The notes under the pieces were generated by a model, which made no database searches, was not told the DNA's origin, and saw nothing but the letters and a program-made list of their open reading frames with translations. From Catajapyx aquilonaris (Eukaryota): DNA of 20,000 bases. The stretch lies in the NCBI GenBank assembly GCA_000934665.2, contig JYFJ02001690.1:52646-72645 (forward strand). The letters are read 5' to 3'. Every line of letters starts with the position of its first letter. Position 1 is the first letter of the stretch. The position numbers were made by a program, and so were the translations under genes. Positions 19,047 to 20,000 of this stretch are shown in pieces.

Positions 19047-20000
19047 CAGTGGCGTAGCGTGGGGGGGCAGAGGGGCGGTCGCCCGGGGTACAAAATTTCG
19101 TGTCTAAAAAAAATGAAAGATACAGTGGTGGCCATACTTATGTTTTTGGGCGTAGCTTTTTTTCGAGTGATCTGATTGAGCTGAAATTTTAACATGCTAT
19201 GAACAATATTTTCTCATTTTCCTTACTTTTGGCCTCAAACTTAAGAATTGTGATTATTTTTTTTTCACTTCGTCAATGGTCAATCCAAGGGGTGGGGGAC
19301 GGGAGGCGACCCCCCAGTTGGCCGATATGTGAACTGTATATTTCCATGCACATTCCCACTTGCAACTTTTCTACTTACACTTACAACCAAAGTAACTCTT
19401 CTTACCCTCCGGAATTTCGAAATTTTTTGTATTTTCTAATTCTGCTTGGCCTATAGTGCTGAGAAAACATCACCCCCGCTGCTAATTTCCACAGCAGGTG
19501 AAAATACAGCCAAAAGGCGATGTTCCGAAGCCACTACACCTGCATCCGGTCGCGAGTCGCTGGTCCCGGCTGGGCGGTCGTGGTCGCCTTTCACCGCGTC
19601 TGCAGCGCTCTCCGGTGCCGCGAAGGAAAAGCAAGCTGTCTTGCCTTTATTGAGGATGACCCATTCCTATACTGTACCTTTTTAGGTGAAACCAGACAGT
19701 TTAAATATTTTAACCCTTTGATGGCGGAGTTTTTGAGGGATTGCATTACCCCAGGGCCTGAGTTTTTTTTCCCCCTTTTCCGGAAATTTTATGACCTCAC
19801 CAATTTTTTTCAAATTCGGTCCATTGGTAGCCCACACCAAGAGATGCAAAACGCACCTCTACGTAGTTACCTGATCAAAATGACCTCGTGACCCAATTTT
19901 GAGGAGGGCAGAGGTCAAATCATAAAATTTCGACCTCACCGATAGGTAGGGCTGTGCGATATCCGAAATTGCATATCGACTTTCGATACTCAAAAAATAT
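19047..20000. mobile_element. Cluster of DNA-transposon end fragments
   Basis: hAT-like starts CAGTGGCGTAGC (19047) and TAGGGCTGTGCGATAT (19947), and a Tc1/mariner-like end ...CCATTCCTATACTG-TA near 19676. No partner TIRs found in the window. Confidence 0.35.

Noticed and set aside
19199..19891. ORFs at the right end as a gene
   Set aside because: No motifs or splice-consistent structure; the region carries transposon-end fragments.

Overview
Eukaryotic genomic DNA, probably from an arthropod (inferred from the SLC45 sequence and SINE types). The main feature is a complete 9-exon + strand SLC45-family (lovit/Slc45-1-like) MFS sugar/H+ transporter gene, CDS 2890-16166, 583 aa by manual splicing. 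Its ~10 kb first coding intron (3173-13271) hides an apparently intact 5-exon - strand gene for a divergent ~194 aa FCP1/SCP-type (CTD small phosphatase-like, HAD) phosphatase, CDS 7954-4413. All four HAD motifs are present, the DxDxT motif is split by an intron, and one intron needs a GC-AG donor. The ORF track shows only fragments of this gene. The rest holds four tRNA-derived SINEs (one nested in another, with apparently shuffled head and tail modules), several MITE-like inverted repeats and palindromes, a (GTT)18 microsatellite and many short TA-flanked motifs resembling excision footprints. No CRISPR array, rRNA or true tRNA gene was seen. All gene models were read by eye and are unverified by transcript data.
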